In this document: positions 11,608 through 21,849 of the stretch, one piece after another
Layout: the number at the start of each line of letters is the position of its first letter
Numbering within the stretch: position 1 is the stretch's first letter
Origin: an uncultured Acidobacteriota bacterium
GTDB lineage: Bacteria; Acidobacteriota; Vicinamibacteria; Vicinamibacterales; CAVVIG01
Assembly (NCBI GenBank): GCA_963840225.1
Contig: CAWIYH010000005.1
Span: 85,750 to 149,749 of the forward strand
Direction of reading: 5' to 3'
Length of the DNA stretch: 64,000 nucleotides
Notes under the pieces: model-generated
What the model saw: the letters and a program-made list of their open reading frames with translations, nothing else
Database searches by the model: none
Told to the model about the DNA's origin: nothing
Program-made: the position numbers and the translations under genes

Positions 11608-12002
11608 AAGAGCTTCCTGTCGTGCAGCATGCTCCGACCGACGAGAGTCGGCCCGCTTCGTCCCAGACCGACGCGATGTCGAACGATCCGGCCCGGTCGG
11701 CCGAGCTGCGGCCGATGGTGATCGAGGCGCTGAAGAAGGTGTTCGATCCGGAGATTCCGGTCAACATCTACGATCTCGGTCTCATCTACGACATCATCGT
11801 CGATGCATCCGCGGCGATCGGCGTTCGAATGACGCTGACGGCGCCAGCCTGCCCGGCGGCGCAGTTCCTTCCGGGCGAGGTGAGGCAGCGCATCGCGGAG
11901 ATCCCCGGGGTCGGTGACGTGAAGGTCGACGTCGTGTGGGATCCGCCCTGGGATCGCGACCGGATGTCCGACGCCGCGAAGCTCCAGCTCGGGATGTTCT
12001 GA
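11604..12002 (+). CDS. sufT: DUF59/SufT Fe-S maturation protein
   Basis: DPEIPVNIYDLGLIY, MTLTAPACP, WDPPW. Confidence 0.92.
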   Translation: MKELPVVQHAPTDESRPASSQTDAMSNDPARSAELRPMVIEALKKVFDPEIPVNIYDLGLIYDIIVDASAAIGVRMTLTAPACPAAQFLPGEVRQRIAEIPGVGDVKVDVVWDPPWDRDRMSDAAKLQLGMF

Positions 12003-12017
12003 CCGCAGTGCCGGTCG

Positions 12018-12440
12018 CTATCGGCGCTCGGCTGCGCCGTGGCGCGACGCAGGCTTCCGGTGGGCTGCGCCGCCGCCGGCTCCGATCGCCCGCGCAACGG
12101 CGAGGACGACGTCGTTGACGACGATGGGCCGGGTCAGGGTCGGGAATCCCAGGCGCTCCACGTCGGCCTTCCTCAGGGTGCCGGCGGCCATCAGCACCAG
12201 CACCCTGGCCGGCTTCATCAGCACTCGCAGGTCGTTCAGGACTTCCTGCGGATTCTGCAGGCCCTTCAGGTCCACGAGCGCGAGGCGCGGCTTCGAGCCC
12301 GGCCTCAGCTGCCGTCGCATCATCCGCCACGTGCCCGTCGCCACCACGTCGAAGCCTTCTTCGATGAGTTGTGCGCGAATCAGGGCCCGTGGCTGCCACT
12401 CCGTGCCGAACAGGACGACGTCGGCTGGCAGCTCATGCAT
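12018..12440 (-). CDS. Atypical stand-alone receiver-like (CheY-fold) protein
   Basis: VVLFG...RALIRAQLIEEGFDVV...LALVDL...LTRP pattern; TACAAT 7 nt before ATG 12440. Confidence 0.6.
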   Translation of the reverse strand: MHELPADVVLFGTEWQPRALIRAQLIEEGFDVVATGTWRMMRRQLRPGSKPRLALVDLKGLQNPQEVLNDLRVLMKPARVLVLMAAGTLRKADVERLGFPTLTRPIVVNDVVLAVARAIGAGGGAAHRKPASRHGAAERR

Positions 12441-12507
12441 GGGCGTCATTGTACCGCCCCGCGCGCGGTCGTGGGGCGATTTTCCGCCGTCGACCTGTCC
12501 GTGTGGC

Positions 12508-14676
12508 CTATTTGACGACAGTCACCTCGAAGTCACCCTCCTTGCGCAGCACGGTTACGCCGACGTTGAGCGGATGCTGTTCGAAGAGCAGGTCCACCTG
12601 ACCGAAGGGGAGCTCGAGATTGGAGAGACGGATGAAGGTGAGAAACGGCGGCAGGATGGCGCGGTCGACGCACAGCCGGCGAGCCCCGGCCTCGATCGAC
12701 AGCCGGAGGCACGACTGCAGGAGATGGAACACGACGCCGGAGGCCCAGGCCTGCGGCAGGCAGGCGACCGGATAGAGCGTGGGGCCCTCGCCGCCGCGCC
12801 GGTGGAATCCGCAGAAGAGCTCCGGCAGCCGATGCCCGTCCACCTCGACGCTGGCGTCGAAGAGGCCGGCGAAAGGCGCCGAAATCAGATCGTCGAGCCG
12901 ATAGCGGGCGAATCCGGCCGCGATGAGGCCGTTGTCGTGCGGCCAGATCGAGCCGTTGTGGTACGACATCGGGTTGTACCGCCGCTCCACGGAGGACAGC
13001 GTGCGGATACCCCACCCCGAGAACATCTCCCCGCCGACGAGCGTCGCCGCCACCTGCCTCGCACGTTCCGCAGACGCGATCCCGCCGAACAGGCAGTGGC
13101 CGGCGTTGGACGTCCGGACGCGGCACGGCCGCTTGAGGCCGTCGAGCGCCAGGGCGTAGGTCGCTTCGGCGTCACACCAGAACCGATCTTCAAAGCGCTC
13201 GCGCAGGCGCTCGGCCTGCGTCCGCAGTTCGGCCGCCGATCCGTGCTCGCCGACCGCCTCGGCGAGACGCGCACCGCGGACGCGCGCGTCGTACACGTAG
13301 GCCTGCACCTCACAGAGAGCAATCGGAGGCTCGGCGAGCGAACCGTCCGCGTGGAACACCGAATCCTGGGAGTCCTTCCATCCCTGCTGCACCAGCCCGG
13401 ACGACGATCGGCGTGCGTATTCGACGAACCCGTCGCCGTCGCGGTCGCCGTACCGGTCGATCCAGGCGAACGCCCGCTCGACGTGGGGCCACAGCCGCGT
13501 GGCGAACGCCAGATCGGCGGTGCGCTCCAGGTACTCGCCGGCCAGGACGATGAAGAGGGGGGTGGCGTCCACGCTGCCGTAATAGCGGCCGAACGGCACT
13601 TCGCCCAGCCGCGCCATCTCGCTATTGCGCGTCTCGTGCAGGATCTTGCCCGGCTCGGCGTCCTGCTTCGGGTCGATGCGGTCGGCCTGGGTCGCGGCCA
13701 GGTATTCGAGCACGCCGCGCGCGATCAGCGGGTTGATCCAGATCGTCTGCAGGGCGGCGATGATGCCGTCGCGGCCGAACGGCGTGCTGAACCAGGGCAC
13801 GCCCGCGTACGGGTAGGCGCCGTGCGCCGTGTCCGACACCAGCATGCGCAGATCGGCGGCCGAGCGGCGGAGCCATTGGTTGAATCGCTCGCTCGAGGTC
13901 TCGACCTCGGCGTACTGGCTTCGCGCGCGATCCAGCGAGCCGAGCGACGCGGCCTCGGCCAGCTCGTACGCGCGCGGCGCGACCGGCCGGTGCTCGCGCT
14001 CGCAGCGGATGGCCACGCCGAGGAGCGCGGGTGAACGCGGCGCGAGATGGTACTCGAACCGCACCGCGTCGGCCGAGGCCGCCGCCGGCGGTTCCGTCCA
14101 TTCGAACGCGGTCCAGCGCTCCTCGCCGTCGAGCCCGCGATAGCCGAGTCGCACCCAGGTGTCCGACACCAGCGGGTCGAGCCGCGTGCCCCGCCGCCGT
14201 CGTTCCGTCCCGCGCACCTCGAAGATGTCGGCGAAGTCGGCGTCGAGGTCGAAGGTGAGCGAGACGCGCACCGGTCCGCGGCTGTAGTTCCAGAGACGCA
14301 CCCGCTCGTGCCAGGTGCCATCCCACAGGAACCGGGCCCGGAACAGGTGCACCAGGTCGCGCGAGAGGACGTGATCGGTGCCCTCGAGCGGCAGGTCGGG
14401 ATTGGTCAGATCGGCGCTGAACAGCTCGTTGTCCTCCTTCACGCGCGCGCTGAGCAGCAGGGGACGGTGTCCGTTGACCCGGAGGCGAAACCGGCTGAGG
14501 TATCGCGTCCCCTCGTGATACAGCCCCTGTTCGCCGGCGCCGAAGGCGCCGACGTCCCCGCGGTAGTCGAAGACGGCGAACGTGTCGCCGTGCTTGAGGA
14601 CCGCGGTCCGGCCGGCCGCCGTGGAGGCGGTCGCGAGGATGTAGAACTGATCCTGAACCTGAATCACGTCCTCCAT
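12508..14676 (-). CDS. Amylo-alpha-1,6-glucosidase (glycogen debranching enzyme family)
   Basis: LKHGDTF, AGVPWFSTPFGRD, EPGKILHE, QGWKDS, SYHNGSIWPHDN, RLPELFCG; TGATG coupling to the upstream glycosyltransferase. Confidence 0.93.
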   Translation of the reverse strand: MEDVIQVQDQFYILATASTAAGRTAVLKHGDTFAVFDYRGDVGAFGAGEQGLYHEGTRYLSRFRLRVNGHRPLLLSARVKEDNELFSADLTNPDLPLEGTDHVLSRDLVHLFRARFLWDGTWHERVRLWNYSRGPVRVSLTFDLDADFADIFEVRGTERRRRGTRLDPLVSDTWVRLGYRGLDGEERWTAFEWTEPPAAASADAVRFEYHLAPRSPALLGVAIRCEREHRPVAPRAYELAEAASLGSLDRARSQYAEVETSSERFNQWLRRSAADLRMLVSDTAHGAYPYAGVPWFSTPFGRDGIIAALQTIWINPLIARGVLEYLAATQADRIDPKQDAEPGKILHETRNSEMARLGEVPFGRYYGSVDATPLFIVLAGEYLERTADLAFATRLWPHVERAFAWIDRYGDRDGDGFVEYARRSSSGLVQQGWKDSQDSVFHADGSLAEPPIALCEVQAYVYDARVRGARLAEAVGEHGSAAELRTQAERLRERFEDRFWCDAEATYALALDGLKRPCRVRTSNAGHCLFGGIASAERARQVAATLVGGEMFSGWGIRTLSSVERRYNPMSYHNGSIWPHDNGLIAAGFARYRLDDLISAPFAGLFDASVEVDGHRLPELFCGFHRRGGEGPTLYPVACLPQAWASGVVFHLLQSCLRLSIEAGARRLCVDRAILPPFLTFIRLSNLELPFGQVDLLFEQHPLNVGVTVLRKEGDFEVTVVK

Positions 14677-15719
14677 CAGGCCTCCAGCCCGGCGCCTGCG
14701 GCCGCCTCGCGTGAGAGCGCGCGTTCGTACACCTGAAGATAGCGATCGCCCATCGCCGCGAGCGAGAAGCGCGCGGCGACATCGTCGCGGCACGCCGACG
14801 GGTCGATGCCTGGCGCGATCGCGCGGCCGGCCATCTCGACGACGTCGCGGCAGATCCAGCCGTTGACGCCGTCGCGGACGACCTCCTCGACCGCGCCGCC
14901 CGCGAATGCGAGCACCGGCGTGCCGCATGCCATCGCTTCGATCATCACGAGCCCGAAGGGCTCCTCCCATTGAATCGGGAAGAGCAGCGCCCGCGCGCGC
15001 GCGAGCAGCGCGTTCTTCGTGGCGAAGTCCGCTTCGCCGACGTATTCAACCCGACCGCCGAGCAGCGGCACAACCTCACGTTCCCAGTACTCGCGGAACA
15101 TCGGCTGGACCTCACCGGCGAGCTTCAGGCGAACGCCGGCGAGGTGGGCGGCTTTCGCGGCCAGGTGCGGACCCTTGCACGGGACCATCCGGCCGAGGAA
15201 TACCACGTAGTCGTCCTTCTCGGCGGCGAAGGTGTACCGCGACGGCGAGATTCCATGGGGCACGATGTGCAGGTGCCGCATCGGCTCGCGGCGCGCCAGC
15301 CAGGAGGCGATCGCCACGTAGTGGACATCCGGGTATCGCAGATACTGCTCGGAGAGGGCGGCGTCGTGCGGATGGTGGACGGTCAGCACTGCGGGCCGGC
15401 TGACGAATCGCGTGAAGGGCAGTCCAACGACGTCGTTGAGGTGGACCACGTCAGCCCAGCAGGCGGCGTCGCGTACGGCCCAGGCCGTGTGGTCCGCGTT
15501 CTTGAGCTGAGCGCGCACCTCGTCTTCGAGCGGCCATTCTGCGTGCGGGTAGTTCCACTTCAGGCGGCACGGCACGCGGGAATCGCCGTTGCCGTAGACA
15601 GTGACCTCGTGGCCACGCGCGTGGAGCTCGCCCGCCAGATTCGCGATGAACAACTCGGTCCCGCCGTAGCGACGCGGCGGAACCTCGATGAATGGCGGCC
15701 CGATCAGCCCGATGCGCAC
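14676..15719 (-). CDS. Glycosyltransferase family 4
   Basis: PPRRYGGTE, FLGRM...KG, EEPFGLVMIEAMACGTPV. Confidence 0.93.
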   Translation of the reverse strand: MRIGLIGPPFIEVPPRRYGGTELFIANLAGELHARGHEVTVYGNGDSRVPCRLKWNYPHAEWPLEDEVRAQLKNADHTAWAVRDAACWADVVHLNDVVGLPFTRFVSRPAVLTVHHPHDAALSEQYLRYPDVHYVAIASWLARREPMRHLHIVPHGISPSRYTFAAEKDDYVVFLGRMVPCKGPHLAAKAAHLAGVRLKLAGEVQPMFREYWEREVVPLLGGRVEYVGEADFATKNALLARARALLFPIQWEEPFGLVMIEAMACGTPVLAFAGGAVEEVVRDGVNGWICRDVVEMAGRAIAPGIDPSACRDDVAARFSLAAMGDRYLQVYERALSREAAAGAGLEA

Positions 15720-15740
15720 CCGAGGCCCGTTCTCCAGAGT

Positions 15741-17100
15741 TCAAAACCACGCAACCCGGGTGCCAACAACCGGCGGCGCCGGGGCCGCCCGGCGTTCGCC
15801 GTTCAGAACCCCGGCGTCAGGTTGAACTGTAAAGATCCAGCCCTTGCCCGGCCGCTGCAACGGGCGAACGAGAAAGCTCGTGAACTTGACGCTGCCGAAC
15901 GTGGGCGCCCCCTCGATCCGGTAGCGCTGCCCCTGCACGGGGCTCGTCGCGCCGAAGCTCGACGTGTCGCTCACAAAGGCAGGGGCCGACGTGCCCAGGG
16001 TGAGCGAGCGGGCGAGCGAGGTCTCGGCGTGTCGTCGGACATGACTCGACCGGTCGAGAGCGAATACGCCGTTGAGCGCACGATCTGGTCGAATGAGACC
16101 TGAATCACACTGCCGCTCAGCTCCACCTGGTCAGCTCGGCTGAACGGGTACGCCGCGATGTCGGACGCGCTCCGCTTGGTCTGGCGGTAGACGGTGGCCC
16201 GATCGATCTCGACGACCTCTGTCGTGACGCCCGTGCCGATCTGGAAGCCTCCGCTCAGGTACGGCACTTGTCAGCCCACCAGCCCCCAGTTCCAGCGACG
16301 CGCCTGGTTGAAGTAGCCGGCCTGGGCGGCCGTGTCCTTCATGCTGAAGCCGCCGCCGATTCCCGAGCTGAACTGAGCGGCGGTGATCAGCGAGAACAAA
16401 CCAATGTGATCCAGGGTGAGCTCAGCAAGAGCACGGGCTCGATCGAGACGCTCGACCACCCGAGTACTTCCCGTACCGCTGGGGGCAGGCCTTCTGGGCG
16501 TACGTCCGCGGCCGGTGGGGCGACAACGTCATCCACCAGATGCTTGCCGTCGCGGCCGCATGTGGCGACGTCGGCGTTGCCGTCGAGAAGGTGCTGCACG
16601 TCGCGTTCGAGCGACGTCGCAGCCCTGCTGGCAGACCCGGCGTTCGGACTGCCCGAGCCGGTCGCGTACCCGTCGCGGGGATACAGCTCGAGGCTCTCGC
16701 TCGAGGGAGTGGGCCAGCCGGTGATCGCCATCGGGGCCAACCGGTTCGGCACCGCCTTCGGGGGAAGGCTGTCGCTCTATTTCAGCGACATGCTCGGCAA
16801 TCACTCAAAGTCGGGGTGCGAGGCGTACAGCACGAGCGGCTGCCGTCCGCGAAGCTGGTGCTCGCGAATTCGGGACAGCCTCGCGTGCCAGCGCTCGGCG
16901 AGCCGCGCGCTGATATCGACGCCGGCGCGCTCCTCGGGATAGAAGTAGATGTCGAAGTGTTCGGTCACGAGCACCTGAAACTTCATGTCCCTGTACTGGA
17001 CCTTGTTTCGTCCGAAATACTGCGCCGAGGCCGGGCTGCCGAACAGGAGTGCCGAGAGCGCCGCCGCCAGCGCGGCGCCGAGGCCGAAGCCAATGGGCAT
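15741..17100 (-). pseudogene. Remnant of a large peptidase-like/PD40/BamA-type outer membrane protein; deletions, stop codon and internal inversion
   Basis: Signal peptide then AQYFGRNKVQY...HFDIYFY...YASHPDFE on the minus strand; EQTNVIQGEL and FSDMLGNH on the plus strand; SLITAAQ...RWNWGLVG*QVPY and FGATSPVQGQRYR on the minus strand. Confidence 0.8.
15751..15766 (-). promoter_or_regulatory. sigma-54 (-24/-12) promoter of the GT4-debranching operon
   Basis: Minus strand TTGGCACCCGGGTTGC matches TGGCAC-N5-TTGC. Confidence 0.75.
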
Positions 17101-17197
17101 GACGTCTCCTGCCGTGGATGCCGGATTGTCGAGGGGTCGGCGCATCACGTTCCGCAGGGTAGAGGTAGCGGCAAATCGTCGAACAGCGGACGAAATA

Positions 17198-17229
17198 GCA
17201 ATGCGCTTGCCCGACGGCAGCCCGCTTGC
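17198..17229. promoter_or_regulatory. Back-to-back divergent sigma-54 motifs
   Basis: Minus GGCAAGCGCATTGC (17198-17211); plus GGCAGCCCGCTTGC (17216-17229). Confidence 0.6.
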
Positions 17230-17286
17230 ACTGACTGGTCGTGCGCTCGATCAGGCTGAAACCTTGATGCTGCCGCCTTCAGCCCC

Positions 17287-18438
17287 GCCCTTTTCACCGA
17301 CCTGTGCGAGCTCACGATGCTCCAGGCGTATTTCGAGGAGGGGATGAGCGAGACGGCCGTGTTCAGCCTGTTCGTCCGGAGACTGTCCGCGCGCTGCAAC
17401 TACCTGCTCGCCTGCGGTCTGGACGACGCGCTGCGCCTCCTCGAGACCCTGCGGTTCGACCAGCCGGCGCTCGCCTATCTCGAATCACCGGGGCGCTTCT
17501 CGCAGCGCTTTCTCCAGTATCTGGAGCGGCTTCGATTCACCGGCGACGTCTACGCGATCGCGGAAGGCACGCCGGTGTTCGCGAACGAGCCGGTCCTCGA
17601 GGTGGAGGGCCCGATCGCTGAGGCGGAGCTGGTGGAGGCGATGGTCATGAACCAGGTGCACCTCCAGACCGTGCTCGCCTCCAAGGCAGCGCGGGTCGTC
17701 GGAGCCGCGCTGGGGCGGCGCATCGTGGATTTCGGCCTGCGTCGGATGCACGGGATCGACGCGGGCCTCAAGGCGGCGAACCTCGCCGCGGGCGTGCACG
17801 CGACGTCGAACCTCGCCGCGGGACAGGCGTACGGTCTTGAGGTGGCCGGAATCTATGCCACCGAGGATCTCGTGCGAGGAATGGACGCGAAGGTCCACGA
17901 GCAGGTCGCCAACGTCGCGGCGCTGCCGGGTATCGTGCGCGCCTCGTACGCGATGCCAGAGGCGCACTGGGGCTACGGGTTTCCGATCGACGGCGTTGCA
18001 GCATTCGACGCCGACCGCGGCGGCGTCGTGTCGGCCGGTGGCGTGGGGTTCGATATCTCCTGCGGCGTCCGGCTGCTGCACACTGGCCTCACGCTGACGG
18101 AGTTCGCGCCGCTCAAGACGCGCGCGGCCGACGAACTGTCGCGCAGCGTGCCCGCAGGCGTCGGCAGCTCCGGCCGGCTGCATCTCGACGAGCCGGAGAC
18201 TGAGGCGATGCTGGCGGGTGGCGCCCGCTGGGCGGTGGCGCGAGGCTACGGCAGCCAGGACGACCTCCAACGGATCGAAGACCAGGGCTGCATGAGCGGA
18301 GCGGCGCCGGCTGAAGTGTCGCACCGAGCCAAGGATCGCCAGCGCTGGAGATTGACCCAGGTCGTCGACGCGGCCGACCGCGCAGGTCTCTCGCGCAAGG
18401 TCGCGCGCCTCGAACCGCTCGTGTGCATCAAGGGGTGA
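17287..18438 (+). pseudogene. Chimeric ORF: N-terminal nicotinate phosphoribosyltransferase (pncB) fused by deletion to a truncated RtcB RNA ligase
   Basis: ALFTDLCELTMLQAYF...DFGLRRMHG (PncB), then IYATEDL...MPEAHWGYGFPI...VGFDISCGVR (RtcB) and the RtcB C-terminus [13 protein letters not shown]; the middle of both genes is missing. Confidence 0.85.
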
Positions 18439-19139
18439 ACAACGTGTACCGATCCCTTCTCGTTGTCTGCGCCGCCGCCGGCCAGTTGGCGGCGGCGGTG
18501 CCGTTCTCGCCCGCCCGATACGTCGCCGGCGAGGCGCCCGGGCTTCCCACCACGGCGGTCGGCGGCGGCCAGGTGCTCGTCGACCTGACCGTGGACAGCC
18601 GCGGCCGCGTCGCCGACGCGCGGCTGCTGCGCGCGACGCCGCCCTTCAGCGACGTCGTGATGCAGGCCGTGCGCGGATGGCAGTTCACGCCGGCGATGGC
18701 AGCGGCGCCGTCCCGCCCGTCTGGCGAGCCGCCCGTGCCGGTGCCGACGCTGTCGCACGTTCTGGTGGCCGCGGTGTACCGCCCGCCGTCACTGAACGCG
18801 CCGACGCTCGGGGAGCGGCCTCGTGATGTGGCTCGTCCCTCCGACGAGGTCGCGTTCCCGACAGCGATCACCGTACCTGCCTATCCGCCGCGGGCGTTCA
18901 ACGCAGGGGTGGTCGTCCTCGAGGTGCTCGTGGAGCCCGACGGAGCAATCGGCGCCGTGGAGACAGTCCGCTCCGCGCCGCCGTTCGACGAGGCGGCGCG
19001 CTCGGCGGTGCGCGCGTGGCAGTTCCTCCCGGCGCGCGAGCGAGGTGCGCCGGTCGCGGCGTTCGTCTACGTGGTCTTCGGGTTCCCGGTTCCCGTCGGG
19101 CCTGGCCGACCGGCTGTTGCCGACCGGCGGGCCGGTTAG
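18435..19139 (+). CDS. Secreted protein with tandem TonB C-terminal domains
   Basis: Two repeats of G-x-V-x-V/L...V...G-x-V...PPF...AVR-x-WQF-x-PA; N-terminal signal-like segment. Confidence 0.75.
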   Translation: MNNVYRSLLVVCAAAGQLAAAVPFSPARYVAGEAPGLPTTAVGGGQVLVDLTVDSRGRVADARLLRATPPFSDVVMQAVRGWQFTPAMAAAPSRPSGEPPVPVPTLSHVLVAAVYRPPSLNAPTLGERPRDVARPSDEVAFPTAITVPAYPPRAFNAGVVVLEVLVEPDGAIGAVETVRSAPPFDEAARSAVRAWQFLPARERGAPVAAFVYVVFGFPVPVGPGRPAVADRRAG

Positions 19140-19396
19140 TCGAGACCGGTTCCCCCGGTGTGGGGACCGCCGTCGCGAAGCTCGTGGAGGAAGCGCGAGC
19201 GCGACTCGATTTCGGTCAGCTTCGTGGACGCATACGTCGACGCGTCCCCGAGCACCGCGGCCCGCTCCGACGGCGGCAGCGCGTCCAGCCGCGCAGCATC
19301 GCAGCCTCTCGCCCGGAGGTACTCGTCGATGAGCGCCTGCTCCAGTCGGTTGAGCGAGGCCTCGACGCGCGGCATATCGGGTCGATCAGGGCTCAT
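19136..19396 (-). CDS. Small hypothetical protein
   Basis: GGAGGG RBS before ATG; helical 86 aa ([14 protein letters not shown]...[15 protein letters not shown]); sigma-54-like motif at 19443-19456. Confidence 0.7.
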   Translation of the reverse strand: MSPDRPDMPRVEASLNRLEQALIDEYLRARGCDAARLDALPPSERAAVLGDASTYASTKLTEIESRSRFLHELRDGGPHTGGTGLD

Positions 19397-19504
19397 TTTC
19401 CACCCTCCTGCGGCGCGCCGCGAGCCGCCTGCCGCCCGAGAAGCACGTACCTTGCCCGGACTGGTCGCCGTCTGTCGAATCCGTGCGCCCGCCGCCTCCC
19501 GCAG

Positions 19505-19519
19505 TGGAACCGCAATTGC
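19505..19519 (+). promoter_or_regulatory. sigma-54 motif upstream of the sigma-70 gene
   Basis: TGGAACCGCAATTGC, 24 nt before ATG 19544. Confidence 0.65.
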
Positions 19520-19543
19520 GTGAACCCGATGCGAGGCCTCGCC

Positions 19544-21097
19544 ATGACCGCGCGCCTGGAGCTCGTCGATCCGATCGCTCTCCGGATCAATCGCGGACAG
19601 GTTCGAACGCCCGACCCGTCGCGATCCCTCGGCGGGGCTCCCACCGATCCGACCCTTGGCGATCCGGACCTGCCCGAGGGTCTCGCCATTGCCCTCGAAC
19701 CGGGGTGGGAAGACTGGGACCGGGCCGAGTCGACCATCGGCGAGGACGAGGAAGGGGCGCCGGCCGACGTCGAGCCGATTCGGACCTATCTCAACGAGAT
19801 GGCGCGCGTGCCGCTGCTGACGCGGGCCCAGGAGGCCGACGTCGGGCGCCGGATTGAAACGGCGCAGCGGAATCTGCTCGGCGCGCTTGCCACCATTCCG
19901 TTCGCGGTCGGGCGTCTCGTGGAGCTCTCGAGCCGCGTGCGGCGCCAGCAGGCGGCGTTCGAGGATCTGATCGTGTTCCCGGAAGGGCGCGACGTCGAGG
20001 TTGCCGAGGCGCTGTCGATCCTTCGCGTGTTCGGTCGCATCGGCCGGCTCGCGCAGCGCGCGCGCGCGTCCGATCTCAAGGCACACGATCGGCGACTCGC
20101 CACGCCGACGCGCGCCAAACACGCGCGACAGGCGACGCACGCGAGGGACGAACTGCACACGCTGCTGCTCGGGCAGCACGTCAAGCCTGCCGTGCTCGAC
20201 CGGCTCGTTGCCGAGCTGCGTGTGCTCGTCGGGGACCTCGACGCGGCCGAATCGATTTCCGATGCGGCGACGCGCGCCGAGCGCGTCCGTGCGCTCGAAG
20301 AGCGGCTCGAGATGCCGCGCCGAGTGTTCCGCGGGGCGCTGGCCCGTGCGCTGGCCCATGAGGAGGAGGCGCGCCGGGCCAAGCAGGCGCTCATCGAGGC
20401 GAATCTGCGGCTGGTCGTGTCGATTGCCAAGAAGTACACGGGGCGCGGGCTGTCGCTCCTCGACCTCATTCAGGAGGGCAATCTCGGCCTGATGAAGGGC
20501 GTCGATCGCTTCCAGTACCGGCGCGGGTTCAAGTTCTCGACCTACGCCACCTGGTGGATCCGGCAGGCGATTACCCGGGCGATCGCCGACTTCGGGCGCA
20601 CGATCCGGCTGCCGGTTCACGCGGTCGACGCGCTCAACCAGGTAGAGGCGGCGCGGCGCAGGCTTCGTGACGAGCTGCATCGCGAGCCGACGGTCCACGA
20701 GATCGCCGAGCGCGTCGATATCCCGCCGGATCGGCTGGAATTCCTGATGCGCGCGCGGAAGGAGCCGTATTCGCTCGACATGGCGATTGGCGACGAGACG
20801 CCGCTGGGCGCGTTCCTGACCCTCGAGGGGCCTTCGCCCGAGGAACTGGCGCTCGGCCGCGACCTGCAGTCGCGCGTCGGCCGCTATCTCGCGCGCCTCT
20901 CGGCCCGCGAGCGCAGCGTCATCTGCCTGAGGTTCGGCATCGGCACCGGCCGCGAGCACACGCTCGAGGAGATCAGCCGGCGGTACTCCCTCAGCCGCGA
21001 GCGCATCCGCCAGATCGAAGGCACGGCGATGAAGAAGCTCCGCAGGTCGCCCGTCGTCGGGTCGCCGCGGGGCCATAAGCTCCGCAGGATCGGCTGA
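19544..21097 (+). CDS. RNA polymerase sigma-70 factor (RpoD-like, group 2 type, lacking region 1.1)
   Basis: [17 protein letters not shown] (1.2), [41 protein letters not shown]...RERIRQIE. Confidence 0.93.
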   Translation: MTARLELVDPIALRINRGQVRTPDPSRSLGGAPTDPTLGDPDLPEGLAIALEPGWEDWDRAESTIGEDEEGAPADVEPIRTYLNEMARVPLLTRAQEADVGRRIETAQRNLLGALATIPFAVGRLVELSSRVRRQQAAFEDLIVFPEGRDVEVAEALSILRVFGRIGRLAQRARASDLKAHDRRLATPTRAKHARQATHARDELHTLLLGQHVKPAVLDRLVAELRVLVGDLDAAESISDAATRAERVRALEERLEMPRRVFRGALARALAHEEEARRAKQALIEANLRLVVSIAKKYTGRGLSLLDLIQEGNLGLMKGVDRFQYRRGFKFSTYATWWIRQAITRAIADFGRTIRLPVHAVDALNQVEAARRRLRDELHREPTVHEIAERVDIPPDRLEFLMRARKEPYSLDMAIGDETPLGAFLTLEGPSPEELALGRDLQSRVGRYLARLSARERSVICLRFGIGTGREHTLEEISRRYSLSRERIRQIEGTAMKKLRRSPVVGSPRGHKLRRIG

Positions 21098-21289
21098 CTC
21101 GCGGTCGAAATCATCACGAGTTCCCGGCATCGCGCCGGAAACTCGTCCCGCCAGAACGGCGGGCGCAGGCTCAATCGATCGCGCGCACCCTTCGGACGCT
21201 TCCGGCGAACCGATTGCCGTCGCGCCGGATTGCCGGCATCCGACAGCAAGGATTCGATGATGCCGATCGGCCGCGCCGCCCACGGCTGG

Positions 21290-21771
21290 CACGGCGGCGC
21301 TGTCGTGAGCCGCGCCCTGCTGCACAACCGTCGCGAAATCGCGTGCAAGGACCTGCGTGTCGGCGATCTCGTGCGCGTCATCCTGGCCGGCGACGTCATT
21401 CCGGACGTGGTCGCGCGCGTTCCGAACGGCCGTGCGCGGCGTCATCGGTCGTTCGTGATGCCGGCGCGCTGCCCGGCGTGCCACGCGCCGGTCGTCCACG
21501 AGGGCCCGTTCGACCGGTGTCCGAACGGTCTCGCGTGCCCGGCGCAGCTCGCACGGGCGCTGCAGTATTTCGGTTCGCGCGCCGCGCTCGCCAGGAGGCT
21601 GAGGAGCGCGCCAGGGCGAGTGGCGCGCGTACGTCGAGATCGGTCGGCGCCGACACGGATCTGGTCGTGGCGGGCGCCGAGCCGGGGACGAAATACGATC
21701 GGGCGCGCGCGATCGGCATCCCCGTCGTCGATGAGGGCCGGTTCGCGAAGCTCGTCGGCCTGCACATGTGA
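21290..21771 (+). pseudogene. ligA: C-terminal remnants of NAD-dependent DNA ligase (OB fold, Zn finger, BRCT)
   Basis: VSRALLHN...DLRVGD...AGDVIP, CPAC...CPNGLACPAQ; in another frame TDLVVAGAEPGTKYDRA...VVDE; adenylation domain absent. Confidence 0.85.
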
Positions 21772-21849
21772 GGCACGCGGTCATGGAGAACATCCATAGT
21801 CTCGCCAGATGACGCCCAGGCCCGGTGAACGGTCCGCCAGGCGGGCGTC

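Noticed and set aside
16391-16810. Recombinase-driven phase-variable invertible switch
   Set aside because: No long terminal inverted repeats or recombinase, and the gene is destroyed in either orientation
21035-21088. 12-bp direct repeat AAGCTCCGCAGG at the sigma-70 3' end as an att site
   Set aside because: The copies are only 42 bp apart and no integrase is present; likely a local duplication
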